Origin: Eledone cirrhosa
Lineage: Eukaryota
DNA length: 64,000 nt
Direction: 5' to 3'
Assembly (NCBI GenBank): GCA_964016885.1
Contig: OZ024740.1
Span: 397,544,001 to 397,608,000 of the forward strand
The position numbers were made by a program, and so were the translations under genes. Positions within the stretch are counted from its first letter, which is position 1. Every line of letters begins with the position of its first letter. Below, piece by piece: positions 49,383 to 62,742 of this stretch. The notes under the pieces are model-generated. The model was not told the DNA's origin. It made no database searches and worked only from the letters and a program-made list of their open reading frames with translations.

Positions 49383-49525
49383 TTGAGATCTGACAACATG
49401 AATTGTAAATTAACTTTTTTGAAAATTTCATTTTGATGACTAGAAATTTTCTGTCCCTATACATGTATAAAAATATATTCCTGTATTTATATGTGTTTTT
49501 CTTCCTCTTTTTCATATTTTTACAG

Positions 49526-49583
49526 CCATCAAACTGGATGGACTGCTTTAGTTGTGGAATTTATCAGAAATCTACATTCCTAA
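49526..49583 (+). CDS. GH63 YMR196W-like, terminal coding exon
   Basis: ttttacAG acceptor; phase 2 completes GAS-HQTGWTALVVEFIRNLHS*; TAA at 49581-49583. Confidence 0.93.
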
Positions 49584-49844
49584 CACCAAAATTTCTTGGT
49601 TTTTAACCCACTAGCAGTCATACTCTTATTTATCATTTATTATTAAATTTTTATTTCTAACAATGTGTAATGTTTGGCTTGTCTGTCTTATTTATTCATA
49701 TAATTTCTTTTATTGTCCAACTCTTGCTAACATGGAAAACGAATGTAAAATGATTAAAAATTTGTTATTAGATGACGATGATGATGAAAATGATTTTGAC
49801 CATCACTTTTTAACCTTTCTGTGCAGAATAATATTGTACACAAA

Positions 49845-49850
49845 AATAAA
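49845..49850 (+). promoter_or_regulatory. Candidate polyadenylation signal of the GH63 gene
   Basis: AATAAA about 260 nt downstream of the stop codon; AT-rich context makes chance occurrence possible. Confidence 0.35.
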
Positions 49851-50049
49851 TTGCTTTCCTGACTGAGTAATACTAGTAAGTAAACCTACAATTTGACATT
49901 TTATTAGCAGTAAAGGTGCATCCCACACCATTTGTTCATTGCTAATAATAATCTCTCTTCCTTTGAATATGTTAACTCCAAGTCATTTTCTCAATATATT
50001 ATCCACTTCTCTTAGTATTGTTACCATACTACACTTCTCACTTCCTCCT

Positions 50050-51050
50050 TTTGTAAATACTCACCAACGTTGATGAGTATTTATAAGAGGAACAGGTGGG
50101 ATTCAGGCTTGGAAAATTGTGCAGTGAACAAATCCTTACATTATGCAACATCAATGAGCTGAGTCGTAAGTTCTAGCAACTGTTTATGGCCAACTTCATT
50201 GACTTCAAGAATGCTTTCAACAATGTGCACAGGGAGTCTCTATGGAAGATCATTATGCTGTATGGAGGGCCTACTCACTATATCAACATCATGTGATCAC
50301 TTTACTGGAGAATGTATTACTGTGTAAGAACCAAAGTTGAAAACACAAAGATCTTCAACATCGTTAAAATGTGTATTGGACACTTTTTTGTTCTTGCTGG
50401 TGGTGGATTTCATCATGAGGAAGTCCATGTGGGATGCAGCATACATCATCAAACAGGGATAAGTAAACTCACAGACCTTGACTTCTGTGACAGTCTGGAA
50501 CACTTTAGTACCACATATATGGTAATGTAAGACATGATCACCAGTCTCAATAACTGCAGCTCAAAAGTTGATCTTCAGATCAGCAATGAAAAGATAAAAG
50601 TGATGATTATTTGGGTGGCACAGCAGTAACCAGTTAGGTTGAAGAGCCTGACTTCTTCACATACATAACTGATGTGAAAACGGGACTTGGCAAAGCTACC
50701 AATTCTTCTATCAACCAAGACACTAAGATCTGCCTGTCTACATTAATTGTTATGCTAATGTTGATTTATGCTTGAAGACACAGAAGCTATAGAACTACAG
50801 TTGCCTTCAACAGATGATGCCCCAGGACCATATTACGAATTTCTTGGCATGACCACATCCCAAATGAAGAAACCATTGAAAGGTTCAAGCTGACTAATTT
50901 AACAGATGCCATTGTTGTAAGATGCCAGAAAATGCTTGGCCATGTGCTATACATAAAAAGACCATTAAGATCCTCTCTCAAGTAGAAGCTAGAGGGGGAG
51001 TGAATGTAGGAAGTGTGGCTGACCTAGCATGGGAGCAGGTTCATGAAAGA
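50050..51050 (+). mobile_element. Old degraded RTE/BovB-like RT relic
   Basis: Remnant motifs NFIDFKNAFNNVHRESLWKI, LTDLDF.D, RISWHDHIPNEE. Confidence 0.6.
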
Positions 51051-51160
51051 CTTTGCAAAAATCTTTTACAAATACAATATATTTATATACATTACAAATT
51101 CAAGCATTGAGTCTTTTCTTGGAGTTAAAATAATTTTTTCATGGACCATAAATGATATAT

Positions 51161-51382
51161 ATTATTATTAAGCATATGGGCGGTGGTTTGGCAGTATCAG
51201 TAGAGGGTTGGACAACATACTTTGATGCATAGAGTTACGGCCCTCACCATTCTGAGTTCTAATCCTGCCGCGGTTAACTTTGCCTTTCATCCTTACGGAG
51301 TCGATAAAATAAAGTACCAGTAATATACTGGAATAATTGCTGGCCTTATGCCAAAAGTAGAAACAATTATTATTAAGCATAT
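51161..51382 (+). mobile_element. SINE with TSD ATTATTATTAAGCATAT
   Basis: Full SINE; duplication at 51161-51177 and 51366-51382. Confidence 0.88.
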
Positions 51383-53743
51383 ATGATACAAAGCCTTCTT
51401 TTCCTGTTAGACTGCCTCACTACACCTCCTGTGTACTCAAGATTGGCATTGTGTATGTCATATAGTTTCTGCCCACTCCTATCTACATATCAAACAGGGC
51501 CACTTTTTTGATGGGATCAGAGTTTTGTATTCATTCCTACTAACTAATACTTTGGTTTTTTGATAAATTTACACACAAACACACACACACATATATATAT
51601 GTGTGTGTAAAGTGGTTGGTGATAGGAAGGGCATCTAGCTATAGAAAACATGCCAAATAAAGGGTCAGGAGGACTCTTCAGCTGTGTGAAAGACATAAGA
51701 ACCTCTCTAGTGCTGGTGTCATAATAAAATGAACTCGGTAGAGGGCAGTATCATATGTAAGCAAGATGCGGCCTCTCCGGTCCATCTGAGAGGTCACTAA
51801 CCCCATTTAAGTACTGACTCTGTCTGTGAGGACTCGGTCAACCCTTGCAAAAATGGTCGGCTGAAACACATAGAGTTATATATATATATATTTTGAGGTC
51901 AACTTTGCTTTTCATCCATTTAAGGCCAATAAAAAAAATCACCAGTCAAGTACTAGGGTCGATTCTTCCTCTATATCTCTTTCTCACTTCCATTCTCTCA
52001 CTTTTTATCCTTCTCTGGAAGAAATCTGCTGAATTCAAACCTAGAGATGGGCTCTGCCAGGATTAAAAGATGCCCCAGAAACATGTCAATATGGTGCCAA
52101 GACTCTATCATTATCATTATTTTTATCGCTAAGTTAGGAAAACTCTTTTCAGAGCTTTTAAGACTGATGGAAGGGAAGGAAGAAAATATCTTGAAATTGG
52201 AAAACTGGCTCAAATGCTTGCAACAGAGTGGACTTTGCTGAAAGCATTCAAGGGCCAAGTGATGGTGTTAAACTGGTCTATGGATTAAGTCTAGTACTCA
52301 AGTAGGTAACAGCAAGATTTGAATTCAGCAGAGCTGAAACAAATACTGCAAGGTGTCCCAGCCAATGCTCTAATGATTCTGCCATTTCACAACCTTAGAC
52401 TGGTACTTTACTTATTAACACCCATAAACACAAAAGACAAAGTTGCTCTTGGCATGGAGCCACAATGAATACTGCAAAGCATTTTCTCAACACTAACATT
52501 TCTGCCAATTCGACTAACATGTTACCTGCTGACTTAAGAAAGATTTTTAATTTAAAAAAATCCATTATTCCTAACATATTCGTAGAGAAATGAAAGATTT
52601 ACAAAATAAGTGACATGTCACAAGTTTAGTTTGAAAAACTTCAGTTTATTTTCTTTATTAATATACTTTTCATGAAAAATTCATTGGTTTTAATCAATTT
52701 TATAACGGAAAGCTTACAATGGAAACAGCTTATGAGTATGGAGATAAAATTTAAATAAATATATTTTGCATGGAAATAGAAAAAATAGTTTTGAACCCAG
52801 AATTAACTGAAATTTCATTATGAAAAAAAAATCGGTATGCATTTAACAAGATTATTGAATTAGTCGACCAATTTAGACAAATAAAGGATATGTGTGTATA
52901 GAGAGGGGTGGGTGGTAAAATGAACAATGGTAGTTAGAAAGTGGAAAAAGTGCACAGATGGCCAAGTTGATAGGATATAGAACAACCAGCTAAAGAGTTA
53001 GCAGGTTGTATCCTGACATATTCACTTTGTTGGGTCATTGACCAAGACAAATTAATGTTCAAATGGCCACATCTACCTGGTCATATATAGACGACACAGA
53101 ACAATTTACTACTACAACCAGCAGTGGTAGCACTCAAAAATTCATGAACGATTCAACTTGCAGTGATGAGTTCAGAACTTCTCTAGTGGGTAACACCAAA
53201 CTGACTTGTCTATAGATGTACTACATACTAGGTCTTCTGTAGTGTCCATATAACCCAATGAGTTATGTGACTACACATATATACACACATACATATATAA
53301 ATATATGTATGAGTGTGTATGTATACACACCCAGGCATATATAAGGTAAAGATATACCATCTTTTCAAAGATACCTTTCACAAGATACAATAATGTACTG
53401 AAATATTTGTACAATTGTAAAGTATATTTTACTAAATAAAATTTAAGTAGACACTACATGTTTAACGTATTGTGCTATAGTCTCTTAGATTATATATGTA
53501 TAACTCATGCTAGTGTGGAAGAACGGACGTAAAACGGTGATGATGATGATCACTAATATTTTGTGTTCATTTTTTCATGCTGGCATGAGTTGGACAGGTG
53601 GTTAAGGATCAAGTCAGTACTTAAATGGGTCTGTCTTCCTAAACAGACTGGAGGGCACGTCTTGCTTACATTCAATCCAGTTTTGGCATGGTCTATACAG
53701 TGGAATGCCTTTCCTAATGCCAACTAATTTACATATATATATT

Positions 53744-54000
53744 TGGCACATGGCTTAGTGGTCAGTTTGCAATTGTAAGGTCATGAGTTCAATTCCTAGC
53801 AGTGTCTTGTATCCTTGAGCAAGATACTTCATTTCACATTGCTCCAGTCCACTCAACTGGCAAAAATAAGTTATATCTGCAATTCAAAGGCCAGCCATGT
53901 CACATACTGTGTCATGTTGAATCTTTCTGAAAATTGTATTCTGTGAAATGCTCAGTTACTTGCACGAGCAGGCTATTTTGTTGTTTGAAAAACTGGAACT
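53744..54000 (+). mobile_element. Second tRNA-derived SINE family (related copies ~24340-24490 -, ~61755-61970 +, ~63700-63970 +)
   Basis: A-box tggcttagtgg, B-box gagttcaattcc, then ccttgagcaagatacttcatttcacattgctccag. Confidence 0.7.
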
Positions 54001-55016
54001 GACAGAGATTTTCTTAGCTTAATAATATAATTTATTAGGTGGAAATATACTGAAAGATTTCATGCTACTAGATACTTAAAAAAAAACAACTTGTGGAGTT
54101 ACTTCATGGAGCAGGTTCTAATATCCAACTTATAATCATTCCAAAAATTAATTTCATGTGAAGAGTTAAACAAGTAATCCTGCTGTTTTTATACCTTTTC
54201 CAGTATATTGTCACAGATGCTTGAGTTAATAAGGTTGTTTACAGATCAAATAGTAAGTGGTCTCTGGCAAAAACATTTCATTCTTAAAGGTCAAATCCAT
54301 CTAATTCGAAAACAGCTATTATGAAAAAATACAAATTTACTGTTTAAACAGCAAGGAAGCAATGGACTAACTGATGAATGCTTTATTAGCTTGTAGTTAG
54401 CACTAAATTTAAGTCTTAAGGTTACTAAAGATGATACAAATATTATCTGCAACTTATCTAAGAAATTTGTGTTGAATTCAAATTTCCAATGCATTTTCCT
54501 TTGAATTCCAACATCAAAGCAAAGTCTTCTGTCAGATTAACAATGGGTCATGGGATATTATTCTACTTTTACTATTTGCTTCCAATTAACTGAAAAATCT
54601 TATGAAGATGGAATCTTTTAAAATTAAAATAAAGACAAGGAAATATGTTAAAAATACAGTACAGCCATTTCAAAATCAGATGTTCCAGAAAAAAATTTAA
54701 TCACTGAAGTTTTCTTTTCACATAGATTTTATACAGGATTGTGTGACAAAAAAATAAATATTTCTTTCCTTTCATCTTTCTTCCTTTCTTTTTTTTTTAT
54801 TTGATTTGTGAATGAGTTTATAATGGTTTATAAAATAAACGTATGTAAATAATTTTTTAAATGTCGACAAAAAATATAAATCAACAAAAAAAACACACCC
54901 AAAGTTTTATTTCATCATGGTTGTGGAATAAGGAGGGGAAAATCTTAAAAAATGAGGAGGAAAAATAATTTTTAATAAAAGGTGAAATGGAGTATATTTC
55001 AAGAAAAAATGTCCAG

Positions 55017-55149
55017 TTAATTGCCACCAAGAGTTTGACCACGTCCCCAAGCATGCCCACCTTCGCCTCCTTGATTACCATTTGTAAATCTTCGTCTAGG
55101 TGCTTGTCCAAATCCTGAAAAAGTCTGATGGCTTGGAAAATATTTGTAA
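55017..55149 (-). CDS. DERL1: Derlin-1, last coding exon (SHP box)
   Basis: Minus-strand tttttttccAG acceptor; YKYFPSHQTFSGFGQAPRRRFTNGNQGGEGGHAWGRGQTLGGN*, matching the Derlin-1 C-terminus (SGFG...HNWGQGFRLG, p97-binding SHP box); the ORF track shows a different frame here. Confidence 0.9.
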
Positions 55150-55683
55150 CTGGAAAAAAAAAAGTAAATTTAAAATAAATAAAAGTCAGTTATATAATTA
55201 AATTCTTAATTTTTTTGAAAATCATAGGTAGTGCTTTTCATTCTAATAACAGTCACATTAACGTTGAAGAAATTGAACAACAGAAAAAAGTATACAGTAA
55301 ATGTTAGAATTAAAAAGATGTTTTTAAAAGTTTGTTGAAATGTTATTCTTATACTAACATTCAGAACACAAATGGGTAAGTTAGTAATGTACCATAAAAC
55401 TAGCCAGGAGTGATACCATGTTACCAGTGCTGCAATACAATGACCTAGTTAACCTAGCTGCAAGTAGATATCATATGATATAATTTATAATTGTAAGCAA
55501 CAATAGATAGTGGAAGCATGTGGCCTAGTGCAGTGGTCGCCAACCTTTCTAAAACCGAGGAACCCTCTAAATATTTTGAATTCTTCACGGAACCTATACA
55601 ATACAAAACTTTTCAAAAAAAAATAATAAAGTATTTATTTATTTTAGTGTTTCATGCGTGTGTATGTAATCGAACACAATTAA

Positions 55684-57570
55684 CTAGTAGCTTTTCTGCT
55701 GCTGCGCCTCATCAGTGAGTTTAGAAAATCGAGGTTCAACACTAGTTAATGCCAGTCTCATACACTCGTCAATTGCTGACAGTTTATTCCTCTTCTTTGT
55801 GCAGATTTCTACCAACTGCGAAAACACTTTTTCGCACAAGTAGCTAGATGGGAATAAAGTCAAATATTTCAATGCAAGTTGGCTGATTTTATTAAACTCC
55901 CCAATCAAGAATAAGTCGATCCATAGTTCTTTCTTTCTGCTTTCGAATATCACTTTCAGATCTTCGTTTGAATTCAAATCCATCAATTGATGTAAGCATT
56001 GTGCAGGTAGTAAATTTTTACAATTTCCAGCATCATTTTCTGACACTAACTGCTCGATCTCGGTGAACGGGTTTTTTATCCATAAATTTCCGCTAACAAT
56101 ATCTTTTTCCATCAAGTCAAAATAATCTGAAAAACTTGTGGAAAGCACATTTAAATGAGAAAGAATAATCTTCTTTAGATTGCTGGAGTCAAAATCTTCT
56201 CGCTTTTTAAGCTCTATTTCAAGGTTTGAAAGTAATGAGTAATTGTCCGATTCAATTCTTTTTATAAAGATGTTTAATTTTGATTGAAAATATGTAATAA
56301 AATTGATTGAAGTAAAAAATATCTGCATTGTTACCCTGAAGACACTTATTTAGTTTGTTCAGTTCACCAAAAATGTCTACTAAATAAGCGAGTTGCACAT
56401 TCCATTCATTGGTTTCTAATACACTTGCTCTTTCATCATTCTGTTTTTTTAGAAAAACTATTATTTCTTCTCTCAGTTCAAAAACTCTCTTCATAGCATC
56501 CCCAAAAGACAGCCAACGCACATCATTGTTCAATAACAATCTATTATAATTACTTCCAGAAGATTCACAAATAGATTCAAACATTCTAGAATTTTTTGCT
56601 CTTGCATGGATCAAATTGATAATTTTGACAATGTCTTTTAGCTGGTCATTTAATATTTGAGCATCTCTGCCTTTGAATTTTTTTTAACACAAAACCTCTC
56701 GATGAATCATACAATGATTTGAAATACAATTTGGGGTCTATTCTTTAATTTTTGCAATCAAACCAGAATTTTTACCAGTCATTGCAGCTGCTCCATCTGT
56801 TGTTATTGAAGTCAACTTGCTCCAAGATACACCATTTTTTTTAAAATACTCTTCAATTTTATTGAATATATCTTGACCTTTAGTTGTGATGTCTAATACC
56901 AGACAAAACAAATACTCTTCTACTAATTCTTTTTTATCAAGGTCTACAAACCGTACATAGTAAATTAATTGAGCCTTGTTATTAATATCCGTAGTTTCAT
57001 CCACTTGCAGACCAAAACATGTGCTTTTCTTTAGTGCAGTTAGTATCTGATTTTCTATATCAGAAGAAATATCAATTATCCTTCTTTTTACGGTATTTGC
57101 TGACAATGGTAACTGGCTTAATTTTTCTTTGTCCTTAATACTGCATCTTTCAAAAAGATTCTCTGTAACAATTTTTATACTTGGCAGAATTAACTGTTCT
57201 CCTAATGTAAATGGTTTCTTGTTTTTACCAATCAAATGTGAAATCTCAAAAGATGTTCTTGTTAAAGCTATATTTCTATCTGACTTTTTACAAAACAAGT
57301 CATACATATTAGCTTGTGATTTTTTGATGTTGTTTTTCAGCGAAGTAAAGTGACTTGTTTTTATCATTGGTGTGGTTAGTATCAAGGTGTCTTTTAAGTT
57401 TTGCAGGATTTAAACAGCTATTTGATAGAACTTTTGAACATAGCAAACACATGGGCTGATCTGGTGTATCTTTTTTAGTGTCAGCTTTTTGAAATCCATA
57501 TCTAACAATCATCACACCACTGTCTAACCTTACTGCTGGTATCCAACTTCAGCTTCTTTGCAGTAGACAT
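55684..57570 (-). pseudogene. Frameshifted hAT transposase (BED finger + DDE; ZBED5/FAM200/SCAND3-like)
   Basis: ATG at 57570; pieces PMCLLC...KLKRHLDTNH, LQVDETTD, TTDGAAAMTG, HCMIHRE, VRWLS, LAYLVDIF, FPSSYLCEKVFS split across at least 4 ORF fragments. Confidence 0.92.
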
Positions 57571-58837
57571 CATATCAATGTTATTTATCTACAGTTAAAC
57601 TTTTTAATATGACATTAATAAACAAGAGAAATGAACAGTTTTTTAATTACAAAAAGTACTTAAATTAACTTTAATTTTAGATATTTGGAAAAACTTAACG
57701 AGTTAAAAAAAAATTTTAATTTTTAAAAATTGAAATTTATCCATTTTAGGATGGCAAACATATTATTTAAAGTCTTATAATAATATTAAAATATTAGGGG
57801 TTACTGAAAAAGGTGCAAATTTAAAAACAACTAGAAGAAATTTTTTTCAGAGTCCAGCACTTCCTGCATATACTACTTTAGAGTTGTATTAAATATTATT
57901 GGTAATGTAAATATATTTAAATATCCGCCATACTAAAAGGTGCAAAAAATGCAAATCAGCTGATAGTGTAGAAGATGTGACGATGGTATTGGAAATTAAT
58001 TCAGATATCTTCTATCTATTTTGACTCAAAGTTAGATATAATATAAGAAGGCTTTAGGCTGCGTTAAACATATATTAGATTGGAACAAATAAAGTTTAGT
58101 CAAATGCTTGTGGACATATATATTTATTGTATGAAGTAATTTCTCAATTGTGAATGCAGATGTCATCAAATGAATACATAATTGTGTGGCAAAGTTTATA
58201 GTGTATGCATGGAATGCAAAATTACCTTTGTTAGTAGTCGAAACTTTACAGGCGTTATATTTTCTGTGCAAGTACAACAGAATGTAACGTGTTCTTATTT
58301 AGAATTGTCTGTGGAACTGGATGCATGTTGAAAACGACTAGTAAGCGAGTTCACTCTGTGAGGAAACTTTAGGCGACTTTAAAGCTTTTGTGAGGACAGC
58401 AGATTAAAACGTGTTCTCTATTGAAAACATTCTACTGAACTTACGTTGTGAGAACAGCGAACTGACCCTGTCTCTCAGCTGAGAGGCCTCGCTGAACTGA
58501 AGTTTTCAGTTTAAAGTTATGCTGTCATCGACCAACATTTACTTGTTCATGATTGGTCAATTTCTAAGTTCAATTAGTGTATTATCAGTAGTAGTCAAAT
58601 CCTCGGCATTCAGAAAACTATGTCTTTCCAAGAATTGATGTGAAATTGAAAGTATTCAATTTCCCCGAATCTCAGAACAGTATTTTTCTGCTAATTCAAG
58701 TGAGAAACTAAAAGTAGTGTTTTCCATGAATTGGAGTGGAGAACCTGTGTACACTACAATAGTACTCGTTCATTTATACATTGCACCTTTGGCATTTTCT
58801 TTGCACATTTTTCAGAAAACCCAAAATATTAATGGTA

Positions 58838-61668
58838 ATCATCATCATCATCATCATTTTACGTCCGCTTTTCCCTGCTTGCAAGGGTGGGACGGGTCTT
58901 ATTCAGCACAGCATCTCTCCACTCGTCACGGTCCTTCGTCATCTCCACCGTGAGCTTCAATGATCTGAGGTCTGTTCTCACCACCTCCACCCATGTTTTT
59001 CGTGGTCTACCTCTACCACGTCTTCCTTCAACTGGCAATTCCTGGCACTTCTTCACCCATCGGTCATCCTCCATGCGCATCACATGTCCATACCACCTCA
59101 GTCTCCTCTCCCGTACACTACATTCTATCCCTCTCAGACACAGTTTCTCTCTCAACACATTTATGCTGGGTCGTTCACGTACATTTACACTGCACATCCA
59201 ACGGAGCATGCTTGCCTGATTTCTCTCCGGCCGTCACATATCCTCTGCAGTTGCTGCCCATGTCTCACTACCATGCAGCATCGCGCTCCTCACACAGGCA
59301 TCATACAACCGGCCTTTCGTACGCAGGGAGAAACCCTTCTTCGTCAACAGAGGAAGCAGCTCCCTAAACTTCTTCCAACCCGTCCTTATTCTAGATACTA
59401 TGGCCTCGTAACACCCTCCTCCCATGCTAATCTGATCTCCTAGGTACCGGAAGCTATCCACAACTTCTATAGCGCCCTCTTGCATTTGAAAAATGGGTCT
59501 ATCAGTGCGACTTCTACTGTCTAATTTCCCTGTACATCTACTGCATACATATTTCTCCCTACCTGTTAGTTTGCCTGCTATCCCGCTACATCTCTTGTGT
59601 ACCCAGGATCTGCATTGTGTGCATTTTATAGAATTTATGCCAGTTCCTTTTCTGCATATCGAACATGGCCATTTCCCTGACGGAATCAGGGTTTTGTCCT
59701 CTTTTCTACTCATCAACACTTTTGTCTTAGCTAGATTCACTCTCAGTCCTCTTGCTTCCAACTGCTGTTTCCATAGCCAGAATTTATTCTCTAGCTCCTC
59801 TACTGATTCTGCTATAAGAACCAGATCGTCAGCATAGAGAAGTTCCCATGGACAGCCAGCCTTAAACTCCTTTGTTATGGCTTGGAGGACTATAATGAAC
59901 AAGAGCGGGCTGAGGACCGAACCCTGATGTACTCCTACTTGTATCTGGAATTCCTCACTAAACTCCATTCCTACTCTGACTTTACTGAGAGTACCTCTGT
60001 ACAAAGTTTGCACTGTCCTCACAAGCCATTCCTCAACACCTAGCTTCCTTAGGGACCACCATCAGGGTACCCTATCAAAGGCCTTCTCTAGGTCAACAAA
60101 GGCTAAGTATAGTGGCTTATTCTTCTCTAAGAACCTCTCTTGCAATTGTCTCACCAAGAAGAGGGCATCTGCTGTACTCTTCCCAGGCACAAAACCAAAC
60201 TGCATCTCATCTAGTTTGACCCTTTCTCTAATTAGTTGTGCTAAAATCCTTTCTGCCACTTTCATAACCTGATCTATCAGTTTTATACCCCTATAATTGC
60301 TCCTCTCCAAAGCATCCCCTTTACCTTTGTAGCAATTTATGAGAATACTGCTGCACCAGTCTTTGGGTATGACACCACCATATATAGTCTGATTGATGAT
60401 GCGTGCAACCAGTTTAGTGCCTACGTCCCCTGATGCCTTCAGCATCCCAGCAACTATCCCCGATGGTCCGGCAGCCTTACCATTTTTCATTTCCCTAATC
60501 GCCTCTTGGACCCTATATTCGTCAATCTCAATAGCTGGTCCCTCTGTCGGATCCACCAAGGGTAATTCCTCTCTCTCCCATTCGTTCTCCACATTCATCA
60601 GTCTCTCATAATGACATTTCCAGGCCTTCTTTTTCTGGTCATTCGTGACACTAAGTACACCGGCATCATCCCGGACACATTTATCTCCAACAACATTCTG
60701 ATTTGTATTGACACACTCCCTTGCAATGTGGAACACCGCACGCCTCTGATCTTCCCGTCGCAGAACATTGGCAAACCTCCTACTCTCTGCCTCCCTGCGT
60801 GCTAAGTACACCTGACGTCTAGCTTCTCTCTTAGTGGCTGTATATTCTTCCCTACTCCAACCCTTTTTCCAAGCCTTCCATGCTAGTCTTTTGTCTCTAA
60901 TAGCCTTATCTACTGTGCTGTTCCACCACCAGGTCACTCTCTGTCTGGTTGGAGCTCTACTCCAGCCACAGGTTTCATCAGTAGCCTGCAGCAAGTTGTC
61001 ACGTAAGAAATTCCAGTTATTATCTATGTCATACGTCTCTAAATCATCTTCTTTTTCGTCATATACATCTTGAAGGGCTTTCCTAAATTTGTATTTTAGT
61101 AAAAGGTCTTTTAGCTTCCAGACCTTTCTTCTCCACACCTTCCTATATGTCTCATTCCATCTCTTGCTTACTGAGATATCACTAACAACTAACCTATGCT
61201 GTGGGGGACATTCTTACCCAGGGTATGCCTTGGTATTAGACACTATCTGCCTGTCCCGCTGCCTAACTAGCAGGAAGTCAATCTGGCTTATGTGCTCACC
61301 AGATTTGTAGGTTATTAGGTGATTGGCAGGTTTCTGGAAGTTTGTGTTGCAAATAGTCAATGTACCCGCATCACAAAATTCAAGAAGTCTCACTCCTTCC
61401 TCATTTCTTGAACCGTAACCGTGCCCACCATGTACCCCAGTGTAACCATCCTGGAGCTGTCCAACATGACCATTGAAGTCTCCTGCTAGCATAACAATGT
61501 CTCCGTCCTCTGTCATTGCGGTTGTTTGCAAAAGTTGCTCATAAAAGCAGTCTTTCTCATCTTTGCCTAGGCCTGCTTGGGGAGCATAGGCCGAGATGAT
61601 TGTCAGTAGTCTCCTACCTACAACTAATCTAAGCTTAATTATTCGATTACTAACTCGAACTACCTCTA
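58838..61668 (-). mobile_element. RTE family B LINE nested inside the hAT element, 5'-truncated, several frameshifts
   Basis: ORFs 61214-61723 (APE), 60062-61138, 59234-60022 (YADD), 58859-59209; (GAT)n tail at 58838-58856. Confidence 0.93.
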
Positions 61669-62742
61669 TTGTCTTAATATTTATTTTTTTAAGGAACCCA
61701 GAGTTTGTTTTACGGAACCCCAAAGTTCCGCGGAACCCATGTTGGCGACCACTGGCCTAGTGGTAGGGGTGTTGGACTTACAATCATAATGTTGTGGGTT
61801 GCAAGTTGTGTACATTTCACGTTGCTCCAGTATACTCAGCTGAAAATGAATACCATCAATAGCTGAGAGTTTAACCCTGTGATGGACTGGCATCCTGCCA
61901 GGGAGGAGTCTTGTACTCACAGTAACTTCATGCCATGAAACTGAGATAAACACTGGCTTAAGACAGACTTTAGACTTAGAAGCAACAATAGTAAGACAAG
62001 CAAAGTAATGAACATTGCTTAATAACTCAAATCTGTATGTGCAAAACAATTAGGAATGAGGGTGAAATTGTCCCTGCATTTAAATTTCTAAAGTCTCTAA
62101 ACATCTATATAAAAAAATGGTTTTAGCCTTAAAACCAAAACAGTAATTTAATATAAGTTGCATGGCATATCTCTTTGACTGGTTTCAGTTATGAGACTGC
62201 AAACATGCAGGAGCACTGCCTTGATTTAGTCAATCATATTGACTCTAAGGACTTATTTTTTCAAGTCTGCAACTTATTTTATCGATCTCTTTATTTATTT
62301 AATGCAACACGACTGAACCCAGAACTATGTGATTGCAAAGCAAATTTCTCAATGACATTACCATGTTCTTATGCAATTCTACCCTTGTACTAAAAAAGTC
62401 TCGATCCCTGTTCTATGTGATCAATCAACCTGCTAGAAATAACAGCCAAATCTTCTTCAAATCAAACACTACCATCTTAAAAAGGAAGGACATGCTGGGC
62501 AAAATAATGGAATGATTACAGCTGGAATACTTTAGATTACAAGTCTGCTCAATCAGAGAAGATTTGGAGATAAATATCAACAACAACCCTTTGTGCAGAA
62601 GATTTAAAATCATAACTTTTTTCTCAATAAGGAAGTATCTTAAAAACACATGGAATTAAATAAAAACGACAAAGAGGTTCATATAAAAGAGAATATGTGT
62701 GTGTGCAACCAAACATATGTACAGACATATGCCTATACTTAC

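Larger units (their letters stand above)
55531..61754 (-). mobile_element. hAT DNA transposon (Buster/Charlie group) in the last DERL1 intron
   Basis: Perfect 14-bp TIRs CAGTGGTCGCCAAC (55531-55544) / GTTGGCGACCACTG (61741-61754); 8-bp TSD GCCTAGTG at 55523-55530 and 55755-equivalent right copy 61755-61762; subterminal GGAACC repeats. Confidence 0.95.

Noticed and set aside
858-49583. Bacterial contamination or very recent horizontal transfer as the source of the GH63 gene
   Set aside because: 15 spliceosomal introns filled with host repeats and linkage to DERL1.
54881-55111. 76-aa ORF MDKHLDEDLQ... from the ORF track
   Set aside because: Alternative frame overlapping the true Derlin-1 last exon, which reads in another frame and ends at 55017.
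55684-57570. Domesticated ZBED/FAM200-like host gene
   Set aside because: Multiple frameshifts plus intact TIRs and TSD show a decaying transposon.
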